In this document: positions 11,361 to 24,800 of the stretch, piece by piece | Layout: every line of letters starts with the position of its first letter | Numbering within the stretch: the stretch's first letter is position 1 | Assembly (NCBI RefSeq): GCF_038025025.1 | Contig: NW_027117338.1 | Location: 2,480,001-2,544,000 of the forward strand | DNA length: 64,000 bases | Direction of reading: 5' to 3' | From: Phyllosticta citribraziliensis | Lineage: Eukaryota | Made by a program: the position numbers and the translations under genes | The notes under the pieces: generated by a model | What the model was told of the DNA's origin: nothing | The model's database searches: none | The model's input: the letters and a program-made list of their open reading frames with translations, nothing else

Positions 11361-13452
11361 CTATAGTCTCTCTTTAAATATTTCTTTTTTTTATAAGAAA
11401 AGGTAAATTTTCCTTTTTTCCTTTTATTAGAGTAGTACTAGGGGTATATAGATCTAAGTAAATATATAGTCCTAAAGAGTAGAATTCTACTATTCTAAAA
11501 ATATAATAATTTTAAAAATCTATCTATATTTAGTTAAATAATTAATAAGGGAAAAGGTTTCTCCTCCTTAAGTAGTATAAATTTTTCTATAGTAGATTAT
11601 ATAATATTATATATTAAAAAATCTAGAAAAATTTATAGATTATAAATATATAAAAATTTCTTAGATTATACTACTAGTTCTTCTACTATTAAGGCTAGAA
11701 GTTATAGTAGAAGTAAGTCTTAAGATAGATATTAGTTTTAGGTATATTAGCCTAGTATTAAGCCTAAAATAAGCTTAATAAGACTTTATATAAGTAGTTA
11801 TATAAATAACTAAGTAGAAGAAAAGTATAGGTGCTTATTTTTCTTTTTTTTAATAAATTTATTAAGATACTTCTCCTTAAATTCTTTAAGTAAATTCTAG
11901 GCTCCTATAAGGTTTTCCTCTAGTTCCTAGGAGTTCTTATTAGATAGATAGTCTAGCTATTTAATTAAGTATTTATAAGCTCCTTTATAGTATTTATAGT
12001 CTAGTATTTTTTCTACCTTATAATCTTTATCTACTAATAGAGAATCTTTAGCTTCTCTATTAATTATAAGAGGTATATTATCTAGATATTTTTCTAATAG
12101 TAATATATAGAATACTAGATATATAGGTAAGTCCTTAGATAGTTATAATTTATAGTTTAGACTTAAGACCTTTTTAATAATTTTAAAAGGTCCTACTTTT
12201 ATATAGTCTAATTTTTTAGAGGGTCATCTTATAGAGAGGTTTCTTTTTAATAAAAATACTTTATCCCCCTCTTTAAGGTTTAGTATATCCTTATACTATT
12301 AGTTATAATATTTAGCCATTTTATAAGAGATAAAATATATATCTTTAACTAAAGATTTATATAACTCCTTTAAATTATTAGATTTTATAATAGCATCTTA
12401 AGCTAACTTATTATAGAGTTTAGGTTTATTAAAGTAATTAGGCTTAAAGCTATAATTAGTATAAAATAGACTTATTCTAGTAGTTTCTATTATAGAGGAA
12501 TTATAAGTAAATTAAGCTAATAGTAATAGAGATACCTAATTATTTTATTAATAATTAGAGTATATCCTAAGATATTACTCTATTACTTAATTTATTCTTT
12601 CTATTTAACTATCTATTTATAGATAATAAGCTATAGATAATTTAGTTTTAGATCCTAGTTAATCTATAAGGGTTTACTAGAATTTAGATATAAATTTAGA
12701 ATCTCTATCTAAGATTATAGTCCTAGGTATTCTATATTAACTAACTATATACCTAAGGAAGGTATATACTAGTATCTTAATATTAGAATCTTCTTTATAA
12801 GATATAAAGTAAGAGAATTTAATTATCCTTTTAGTAATAATTAAAATACTATTAAATATATCTTTAGATCTAGGGACTTTAGAGCTAGATAGCTTAATTA
12901 TAAAGTCTAAAGCTATAGAATCCTATAGCTAGTTAGGTAGTTTAATAGGTTTAAGAGCTCTATAAGGTATATATCTAAAATATTTAGATTTAATATATTC
13001 TAGGTAACTTTTAAGGATATCTCTTAATCTTTTATATAAATCTAGTATATAAAAGTTCTAGCTAATCCTTTCTACTATTTTAGCTATTCCTTAGTATCTA
13101 TAGATAGGAGATTTATATATAGCCTTTATAAGAGTATTATACTATTTTTTAGGTATATAAAGTAGTCCCTAAAATATAATAGATCTATTATCTATTACTT
13201 TAATATCTAGATCCTTATTATTAGCGGCTAATAATAGTTCCTAAGCTATAGTATATTATGGCGCCTAGTAGAGCAAATTAATACTAACTACTAATAATTA
13301 ATAGGTAAGGAGTAAGAGTAGTTACTATAAAGCCTATATAGAAAGACTATCTACTCCTTATAGCTAATACTAACTATATATAGCTAGTATATAGGAGAAA
13401 GGTATTACTAAAACCTAAAAATACTAGAGGTATACTAGTATATATAATACTA

Positions 13453-13483
<31 letters not shown>

Positions 13484-16400
13484 TAATAAGCAATAACCTT
13501 ATTACTTAGTTAGGAGTCTAGCTAATAGGTAGCTATAGTCTTAGGTACCTTTTATAATACTATAGAATAATATTATATATAGTATTAAACTCTCTATTAT
13601 CTATAGTATAAAATATATAGTCTAGTAGGTAATTTACCTATTAGACCCTAAATTAAAGGCTACTATTAGCTAAGATCTAGTAGCTAATAATCTCTTTAAC
13701 CTCCTATTTAGTATTCTTATTATTATCTTAGAGAGCTGGCCTAATAGCTAGTTATTAGCTAGGTAATAGATTATTACTAGTAATAATAAGATGAGAGATA
13801 TTAAATTTATTATAGGTTTAAGACCTAATAGGGAGCTATAATATAGCCTAATTACTATATATATCTAGTATATAGTATAGGCTATTATTATAGTAATCTA
13901 GGGTAGCTAGCTAGTTATAAAGTATGTAAGTATACTTAGTATAGATAAAAATATACTTATCTAGCTCTACTATATAATTCTAATAATATTAGTTTACTTA
14001 TATAGCTATTTACTATTATATAACTAATAGGCTTTATCTTATCTCCTCCTAAACTTATTAGATAGTTTAGGTAAGGGCCTATATAGTTTATAATTAGAGG
14101 GAATAAGTATCTATAATTAGGCTATAGATACTATAGATAGCTACTTTAGTATTAAAATTAAATTATAGTTTATAGCTATAGTAGATATAGAAGGGAGAGT
14201 AGCTATTAAGGCTCTCTTATAGTATACTATTAGTAGTAAACTATATAATAGATAATAGTAGTTTCTAATTATTCTAATAGAACCTAATAAATTATCTTAA
14301 GTAGTTCTTAAGGTCCTAGTTAGCTTATTTAGTTTATCTATTAGTTTAGAGATAATAGCTAGTAGATAGCTTTATACTAATACTAATAATATAAGTAAGG
14401 CCCTCCTATAAGTAAGAGATAAACTAGTTACTATAGTCTAAGATAATAGAGAGAGGGAAACTATAAATAGTAAAAATATAGTCTATAAGTATATAAGCTA
14501 TAGCTTTAGCTATAGTTCTATTATCTAAGATATTTATAGTAATAAAGTAATATACTCTACTAAAGTAGTTATATACTACTAGGATTATATCTATATCCTT
14601 ACTATAGAATAGTAGACCTATAAAATCTATAGTAATATATTACTAGAGATATAATAGGATAGGTAGAGGCTATAGCTAGCTAGAGATTATAGAGTAATTT
14701 CTTTAGACCTAGATATATAAGGGATAGTTATTAATAACTTAGGTAATTAACTAGATAAGGTATAGGAACTAAAAATAGGGTATAAGTAGGTTATATAGCT
14801 AATTATAGCTAGGGTAGCTAGTAAGTAGCTACTTATAGATATAATAAATAAGAAGAGGTCTTAATTTAGTTAGGATAATAAGATAGCTATCTATAAAGAT
14901 ATTTCTATACCTATTAACTAAGAAGGGTAAGTCTAGCTTACCTACTTATCTTCTCTACTTATTTATCTTATTATTATTAGCAGTATTAGCTATAAGTAAA
15001 TAATATATAAGGAATAGCTTATTATTAGGGGTAATATTTATAGGAGTAAGCTCCTAAACCTTATATATATAAACTAAAAGTTTACTATCTAGTAGTAGGA
15101 TTTAGTATTATTATTAGTACTAGGGGTTATTAGTACTAGGAGTATCCTATAGGTAGTAAGTAAGAATATTAGCCTTAATATTAGTATAGCTAGGATAGTA
15201 TATAATCTTAAAATTATATTTAGAGAGGAGTTTAGCCTAGTAGACTTATTAGTATATTAGCTACTTAGTTATAGTAAAGTAGTATAGTATCTAGTAGTTA
15301 GTAAATACTATAAATAGTACCTAATAAGCCTTAAGATCTAGCTCCTATAGTTCTAAGGTATAGATAATAGCTAGGAGCTCCTTATTATAGATAGTATAGT
15401 TAAGCTCTACTAAGGCTATAGTCTTAGAATAGTAGATAATAGGGTATAGTTAGTTATTATTACTATACTATAAGAGTAAGCTACTACTTATCTAGTTAGA
15501 TAAGTCTATTTTAACTACTATCTTATAAGTAGGGTTAAAATAAGTAAGGACTAGTATAGTTATAAGAGCCTTCTTAAGACTATTAAATAACTATTATTTA
15601 ATATTAGTCTAATACTATAGAATATCCTTATAAGTAAGCTAGATAAGTAGCCTTATAATCTTACTATAGTCCTTTATAAATTACTAGTAGAAATTAGTAG
15701 TACTAAGGAAGGACTAAACCTATTTTACTATTATAGAATATTCCTATAATATAATTATATTAACTTTAGTAGGGTCTATATAGATACTATTAGTTAAGAT
15801 AATAACTCCTAAAAACTTAGTCTCCTAGATATAGAACTTATACTTATTTATATTAACTTATAAACTATACTCCTAAAAATAAGAAAGGACTTTCTAGATA
15901 TAGTAATAGTACTCCTTAAGTATTTAGCTATAAATAAGGATATTATTAAGGTATATAGTAGTATACTTACTAAGATAGTAAAATAAATACTTATTAATTA
16001 AGTATTACTAGGTACTAGGCCTATTAGCTATACTAAAGGGCATTACTAAGTACTTATAGGTACTATATTAAGTATAGAATATAAGTAGGTCCTTAGTCTA
16101 AGAGTCTACTATATAGATATAGTAAAAAGCTTACTTAATATTAAGCTTAGTAATATACTTAGCGCCTTATATCTAGCTAATTATCTTATTAAGTAATAGT
16201 AAGGGATAGTAGTCTTTTTTTATAAGTTTATTAAGCTTCTAGTAATTAATATAGAAATAAATACTACTATTAGGCTTAGCTACTAATAAAACTAGTAAGG
16301 CTATACCTATCTTACTATACTTTAAGATACTAAGGTTAAGACCCTCCTAGATATAATACTTAATCTCTACTAACTAGATATTATTAGTATAGTAGAGGGG

Positions 16401-18880
16401 TATATAGCTAAGGTCTTTAGGTTTAGTACTATCCTTTAGCTTAATCTTAAAGTCTATCTAAGGATAAGTATAGAGGAGTAGGTTATTATTATAGAATATA
16501 CCTAATAGGTTATAGTACTTATAGGGGATAGTATAATATAGATAAAGCTTATTACTACTAGCTAGGATATAAGTAGTTAGCTCTACTAAATAAAGTTTAG
16601 TATACTCTAGTTTATTAATAGGAGTAAATATATAGACTAAGTAGACTTTATAGCTATACTATTAATAAAGGATAGTAGTATTAAAGGTACTAATTAGAGT
16701 AATATTAGTTAAAGAGCTAGCCTAGCCCTAACTCTACTTATTAAGGTAACTTATAGTCTCCTTAATAGAAGTAGAACCTAGTTTAGATAGCCCTTAGTAC
16801 TAATAATAGTATCTTAGCTAATAGAGGTATTCTAAGGGATAAGGTTTAAGGTAGTAGAGGTATTATAGCTAGCTAACTTATTTAGAGCTAACTAAGAGGT
16901 ATAGTAAGGTTAGTAGTAGGATAGAGTTAAGAGGTTTACTATAATATAAGATCTTAACTAGAGTTATAGTAGTAGGTATAGATAGTAATAGTAGTAAGGT
17001 AGAAGCTAAGGATAACTAGCTATTATTCTAAGAAAAGGTTATCCTTATAGTTAGTATTAGTAGTACTAAGGTTAATATAGGGGAGTCTAAGGATAAAGAT
17101 AAAGTCTAAGATACTATAGTAGTAGGTAGTAAAGACTTAATTAGCCTATAGACTATTTAAGGTTTAACTAGTAGGATATCTCCTAACCTTAAGTAGTTCT
17201 AGTAAGTCTTTATAGACTTTACCCCTCTAATACTTATTACTATACACCCTAAGTCTAGGATGAATATAAACTAGTATATATAATCTAAGCTAATAAATAA
17301 ATTATATATAGGACTAATCTAGGTAATTATTAGAAAAGTAAGTAGATTAAATAATATAGTAGTACTATAATCTACTAAACTAAATAATAGGCTAGTAATA
17401 AGCTTATAAGTAAGGTATTAGGTCTAGCTATAGGTATAGTTACTAATTATCTAGGGCTTATATAGCTACTACTTCTAAGTACTAGTAGTAATAAGTTTAT
17501 ACTTAAGGGACTAACTTATATATAGGTATTATAGCGCCTAGTAGAGCGAGTTAATATAGACTACTAAAAATTAATAGGTAAGGAGTAAGAGTAGTTATTA
17601 TATAGTCTATATAGAATAACTATCTACTCTTAGGCTAACTAGAAATAGCTAGTATATATAGAAGAAGTAAATACTAAGTACTAGATACTATAAAATATAA
17701 GTAGTATATACTATATTATATAATACTACCCCCCCCCCCCCCCCCCCCCTCCTAGTAAGTAATATCCTTATTACTTAGTTATAGGTCTAACCTACTAGTA
17801 AGTAAAGGTTAGGGTATCTTTTATAATAGTATAAGATAATATTATATATATTATTAAACTTACTATTATTAGTATTATAGAATACCTAGTCTAGTAGGTA
17901 GTTAGTCTAGTTTACCCTAAACTAGAGTCTCCTATTAGCTAATATCTAGTAACTTATAATCTCCTCTACTTCCTAATTAGTATCTTTATTCTTATTAATA
18001 TTATCTTATAAGGCTAGGCTATTAGCTAGCTATTACCTAGGTAATAGATTATTACTAGTAATAATAAGGTATAAGATATTAAATTTATTATAGGTATATA
18101 ACCTAGTAGGCAGTTATAGTATAGCCTAGTTACTATATATATTAGTAACTTAATATAGACTATTATTATAAAAATTAAATATAGTAGGATAGCTATAGAG
18201 CATATATATATAATCTATATAGATATATATATATTTACCTAGTTTAATAATATAATCCTAATATTAGTAGTTAGCTTAAATAGCTATTTATTATTATATA
18301 ACTATAAGACTATACTTAGTCTTATCCTATACCTATTATATAGTATAGGTAATAGCTTATATAGTCTATAGTTATATAGAATAGGTATCTATAATTAGTC
18401 TATAGATACTATAAATAGTAGCTTTAGTATTAAAATTAAATTATAGCTTATAGCTTTAATAAATATAAAAGAGGGAGTAGCTATTAAGGCTCTTATATAA
18501 TATACTATTAGCTATAAACTAGGTAATAGATAGTAGTAGTTACTAATTATCTTAATAGAATCTAATAAACTATTTTAAGTAGTTCTTAAGGTCCTAATTA
18601 GCTTATTTAGTCTAGCTATTAGTCTAGGGATAATAGCTAGTAGATAGCTTTAGGCTAATACTAATAATATAAGCTAGGCCCTTCTATAGGTAAGAGATAA
18701 ACTAGTTACTATAGTCTAAGATAATAGAGAGAGGGAAATTATATATAGTAAAGATATAGTCTATAAATATATAAGCTATAGCTTTAGCTATAGTCCTATT
18801 ATTTATAGTATCTATAGTAATAAAGTAGTATACTTTACTAAAATAGTTATAAATAACTAGGATGGTATCTATACCCTTAC

Positions 18881-21800
18881 TATTATAATAGGCGTACACG
18901 CGCCTATACGAGCACTAGGGCCAGCACAGACAAACCCAGCATTACACGGTTATAGGAAGCACGAGCCTCACCTTAGGTAGCAGCCTACTACAGCTTAGGC
19001 TAAAACCTACAGGCTAGTACCAGCTACTATAGCCTAGCACCAGCCACTACAGCCTTAGGAAGATACCACGCAACAGCCCATTAATACCTCACCTTTATAA
19101 CTTACCTAATAATAACTAAGGACCCTTATATAAAGGATAAGAGGTAGAATAGTATAAAGGAAGGACTAGGAAACATATAGGTAGTAAGTATCTTTTATAT
19201 TTTATTCTTTTAACTTATTAGATTTAATTAAGATACATACATATTCCCTAGCAGTTTACCTTTAGCCCTTACCTATATAATAAGAAATCTGCAAGTTATA
19301 ATAGATATAAAAGATTATTCTAAGTTTTAGCTCTATCCTACTTCTTTACCTATAAAGGTATTATAATATTCAACCCAAGTAACATCATACGCAGCTATAG
19401 TCTTATATAAGACTACTTATTACTTTTCCCTGGCAAACCTAAGTTGTCTTTATTAGGCGCATTAGTATTATCTAAGGACCAAGGAGCATTAAGTATATAT
19501 TAACTATAGAAGTCTTTAGTTAAGGCTATAGGGCAGCATATAAATATTTAGGAGGCATCCCATCTATAACCTACTTAAGGGATATTCTAAGTAGAAGACT
19601 ATAAAGATAGTATAGCTAAGAATAAAGCCAATACGTCTAGCACTACTAAAGGTGTTAGTACTAGTTAATCAACCTAACAAGATTTGCGCGAAGGAACTAA
19701 AGATTTATATAATACTAGATACTTATTAAATAATAATAAGAGAGGACCTACCCCTATTCTCCTATATAATTTCTACTTAGTCCTAGTAGTAGAGGTAAAA
19801 GAACGTACCTAAGACCTAGGGTCAACTTATATAGTTTAAGCTCTAGTTATAGAGGTATTTATAAAGGTACCGCGCTCAGATATTAATTAATTTAAATCTA
19901 AGATTACATCCTTAAACAAGTCTTAAGTACAGCAGCAACTAAACTATATATAAAGGCAAAACTAGGCTCTTAAACAAATACTCTTAAACTATACTAATAG
20001 ACTTAGGGAAGTTCTAAGGGAAGGATATATTAGGCCCTCTTTATTAGCTTAGTACCTAAGACCTATTACCCTCTCTTAAGATCCTTCTACTAGTAGAGTT
20101 ATAAGGACTCTTAGACCTCCTCCTAACTATATAAGGGAAACCACTACTAAAACCTCTACTTTATCTTTAAGTAGTAAGAAATACTAAAGTAGTAAGGTTC
20201 CTAATCCTCCTCTTCTTACTAATAGAGAAGACCCCTTATATAAATACTAGACCCTCCTTATATAAAACAAAATTAAACAAAACCACGATCACTTTACTAA
20301 AGATATAGTAGAGGAGACTAAATAGAACATTACAGGTTATATTATTTTCTATATTAGTAGAGAAGTCTTATATTACCTAACTCCTTTCCTTACTTCTTAT
20401 ATAAAGGCCAATAAAGTTACTCTAGATAAGGATATCTTTAAATTCCTAGATAACCTCCTCTAGAGTCTATATAAATATAAGGATATAAAGAAGTAGTTAC
20501 GCTCTCTTATATACTACATCCCTATAGACCTTTAGAAGTTTTAATTAAACTTTATACGATTAGCCTTAGATATAGATCTTCCCTAGGAATAGTAGAAAGA
20601 GGACTTTTATAATATAATAGATCCTCTCCTTTAAACCCACATAGTTACTATAGAGTAAGATAGGGATGTTAACTTTTATAAGTACCTCTAATAAGCCTAC
20701 CCTATTACTTAAAGTCTTAGTAACTACTATTCTAACTATAGAAAACCAACGCTCACGTCGCGCGAGGAATAAGCAAAGAAGAGATAATAAGAATGAGTAA
20801 AGATAACTACCTTAGATAGTATAAGTACTTTATCTTCTAGTTATACCTAGGCGCGATCTATATCCAGGGCTCCCTTATATAATACAACCTGTAAAGGTAA
20901 AGTAGAAGTCTATATAGAGATTTAACTATATAATCACTGCGGCTAGTTTAGCTATTTATAGAGATAATACCCATAACCTAAGATAAAGGCAATAGAGTTA
21001 GTTAAAGAAGAAAGCACTAAAGATATCTATATAAATAAAGGAGATTAGTCTTTATTAGAAAATAATAAGGCCTAGGTAAAGTCTCCTACCTTAGGTCTAA
21101 ACTTAGAGTAATATATATTAAAGGTTCTTATATAAATCTTAGTCACTTCATTAGAGGTGTACCCTTTACTATATAAACCTTAATTATATCTAACAGCCGC
21201 GCCTTAGAAATTTGTGCCCTAGCTAATACTAGTACTAGTGGTATAAGTTTTATTTACCCTAAGCTACTACTAACTCTCTAGTCTATAGGTGCTATAAAAA
21301 AGAGAATAATAGGCGAAGGGCTTAATATTACTAGGTTTAACTAATACATAAATAAGAAAGTTAATTTTTACTTTTATCTTTAACTCTACTTCTAGGATTA
21401 AATAGTTTCTACTTATACTTTTATTTATAATATTAGCCATAACGACATAATTCTTAGGCAATAGTTTTTTAACTAGCACGATGTTCTTCTAGACTATAAA
21501 TAATATAAACTAGTCTAGAGACAGCTACTAGTTAACTAATCCTTTTAGTATCTTTTATACCTACTAAAAGTCTCTGTGCGAAGCAACAAACCGCAGAAAG
21601 AACATTAAGTAGATATAGACTATAGAGATAAAAACTTTAATAAACACCTTCTTCCCTTAGTACAGGTTATTAAGGGAATTAAATTTTAAACTTAAGATGC
21701 TTTTAAGCTTTCTATCTATAAAATACAAGTTGCGCTAATAGAGATCTATACTATTAACCTTATATAAGTTTAAGTAGCTCTTAAAGATAAAGAAACTAAG

Positions 21801-24800
21801 GAATTATTAGCTTCTAAGCTACTAGCTACTTATAAGGAATTTTAAGATGTATTTTCTAAAATAGAGTCTAACAAGCTACCACTATATCGCGTAGGGGTTA
21901 ATTATAAAATATCTCTTACACATAATAGTCTACTAGAGCTTCTACCTAGTCCTCTTTATAGAATGTCTCTAGAGCAGCTTAAGGCTATAAAAGAGTATAT
22001 CATTAAGAACCTTTAGAAAGGCTTTATTACTAAGAGCTTTACTGCCTATACTTCTCCTATTCTCATAGTAAAAAAGCCTGGTAGGGGATGGAGATTTTAT
22101 ATAGACTACTAATAGCTTAATAAATAAACTACTAAGGATTTATACCCCCTTCCTCTTATTATAGAGTTGCTTCAGCGCGTTAGAAAGGGTAAAATTTATA
22201 CTAAGCTTAATATTTAATAAGCTTTCCACCACATTTATCTTACTAAGGATTCTAAAGACAAGACTACCTTCTATATAAGATATAGCTTATTTAAATACCA
22301 TATCTTGCTATTTAGATTAAGCAACAGACCTACAGCCTTTTAATATTTTATTAACCAGGTTCTCTTTAAGTATTTAGATGATTTTATTATAGCTTTTATA
22401 GATGACATGCTTATTATCTCTAAAGACCCTATGGAGTATAAGGAATAAGTAAAAAAAGTACTAGTAAGACTATAAAAAGTAGGACTACAGGTAGATTTAA
22501 AGAAGAGCAAGTTTTTAGTTACTTATATAAAGTTCCTTAGATATATTATTTCTATAGAAGGCATTTAGATGGACCCAGATAAGGTGGAACCTATATAAAA
22601 CTAGCTAATACCTAAAACCCTTAAAGCTCTTTAATCCTTCCTAGGTTTCTATAATTTCTACCGACGATTTCTCCCTAACTATAGATAAATTAGCTAGCTA
22701 TTAGAGAAACTATGCTCTAAGGCAAAATGGCGACTACTAGGACCCCTAGAAGAGGAGGTAATTCAACAACTTAAGAAGCTAATATATAGTAATATACTTC
22801 TAGCCAACTATAACCCTACTCTTAACACTTATATAGAGACTAATATAAGTAATAGAGTTACTATAGGCGTTTTGATACAGCTCTAACAACCTTTATATAA
22901 TTAGAAACTAGTAGCGTTCTACTCTAAGGCAATGGCTGATGCAGAACTTCATTATAGAATATCTAATAAAGAACTACTAGCTATTAAGAATAGACTAGAA
23001 GAATAGAGACTAATACTTATTAGCCTTAAAAAACCTTTTCTTATAATAACAGACTATCAGGTATTAGAGTACTACTCTACTAAACAACAACTTAATTAAT
23101 AACAAGCTAGATAGTCTGAGTTTTTTATAGAGTTCCACATATAATTCTCCTATCAGCTAGGAAAGGAAAATATCATTACTAATTACCTTACTTAAAAATA
23201 AGAAGACCTAAAGACTTAAAAAGAAAAAGTAAAGGCTGTATAAGAGATATACCTTATCCTACTAGAGACTATTATCCCTCTTTCTATTTTAGAATAAAAA
23301 CTTCCTTCTCTAGTATTATTTTTAGATGAACTTCTCTGTATAAACTAAGAAGATTCTAAATTAGAACTCTAGAGATAGAAGGCCCTCTTAAAAGACCTTA
23401 AATAAAGAAATGGTTAGGAACTAAAGGATGGTCTTTTATTATAATACAGCACCCTCTTTATACTAGATCGTAATAACCTCCGCGCGAGAACGCTTAATAC
23501 TTTATATACTACCTATATAACTACCCATCCTAGTATTATAAAGATGCGAAAACTCCTTAAGTGATATTACTACTAGCTAGCTATAAATTATATAATTAAT
23601 ATTTACAGATAAGGATACCATATTTGCTGCTAAATAAAAGAGTTTTATAATAAAGACCTAGGCCTTCTATAACCCCTAGAGATTCCTACTTGACCCTGGT
23701 AACACTTAGCTATAGATTTTAAAGAGATGCCTAAAGACTAAAAAGGCTATAATACAATCCTAGTTATTATAGACTAGTTAAGTTAAAGAACCTTTAGCTT
23801 ACCTTATATAAAGAAGATCAATACTAAAGGAGTCTCTAGACTCTTTTATAAATATATCTACTATATTTATAGAAACCCTAAGTCTATCCTATCTGACTAA
23901 GGCCCTTAGTTCATCTTAGCGTTTATAAATAAACTATATAAGCTGACTAGTATAGAGTAGCATTTTAACTCATCCTACTACTCTTAAACTAATAGTATTA
24001 TAGAGATTATTAATCAGCATCTTATATAAAGATTAAGACCTTTTATTAATTACTTTTAGAATAATTAGTCTAATCTTCTACTATTAATAGACCTTATATA
24101 AGTAACACTTCCCTATAAAGCTACTAGACTTTTACCTTTTAAGATTAAGTTAGGATATTCCCCTTAAATATACTATAACTAGTAATAAAGAATAGAGACC
24201 CCCTAGCAACTAGAAAAGATGGCTTATATAGTAGTGTAAATACTATAAAAGAGAAGATAAGAAGCTTTTAAATTTATAAAGAATCTTATTCTTAAATCCT
24301 AAGAGTGTATATGCTAATAAGCCAATAAATACCGTCGCGCGCTAGACTTTATAGTTGGAGATTATATCTATATTAAGAAAACTAGATGGTCTACTAATTA
24401 GCTAAACCTTAAATTAGACTTCTCTAATACTGGACCTTTTAAGATTATAGGAATAGAAGGACCCTCCTATATCCTTAATCTTCCCTTATATATAAAGATG
24501 GTTAACCTTTTCTATACTAATAGGCTATATAAGGCCGAAATGGAACAGCTTCCTAGTTAGGAATATACTAAACCTAAACCTAAGATTATTTAAGATAAGC
24601 CTAAGTGGGAAGTAGACTATATTTAAGCTAGTTAAGTCTTATATAGGAAGCTTTAATACCAAGTTAAATAGACTAGATATAACTAAGATAACTAGTGGTA
24701 TAATATAAGTTCTTTTAGCGGCGCGCTGCAGAAAATTAAAGAATTCCACTTATTATACCCTATTATAGCAGGACCACTAAAAAATCTAGAAAAATAGAAG

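Noticed and set aside
21270..21479. 69-70 aa minus-strand ORF repeated at 51559..51771 (also 50858..51055)
   Set aside because: Antisense to the B protease or gag; repeated only because the element is duplicated.
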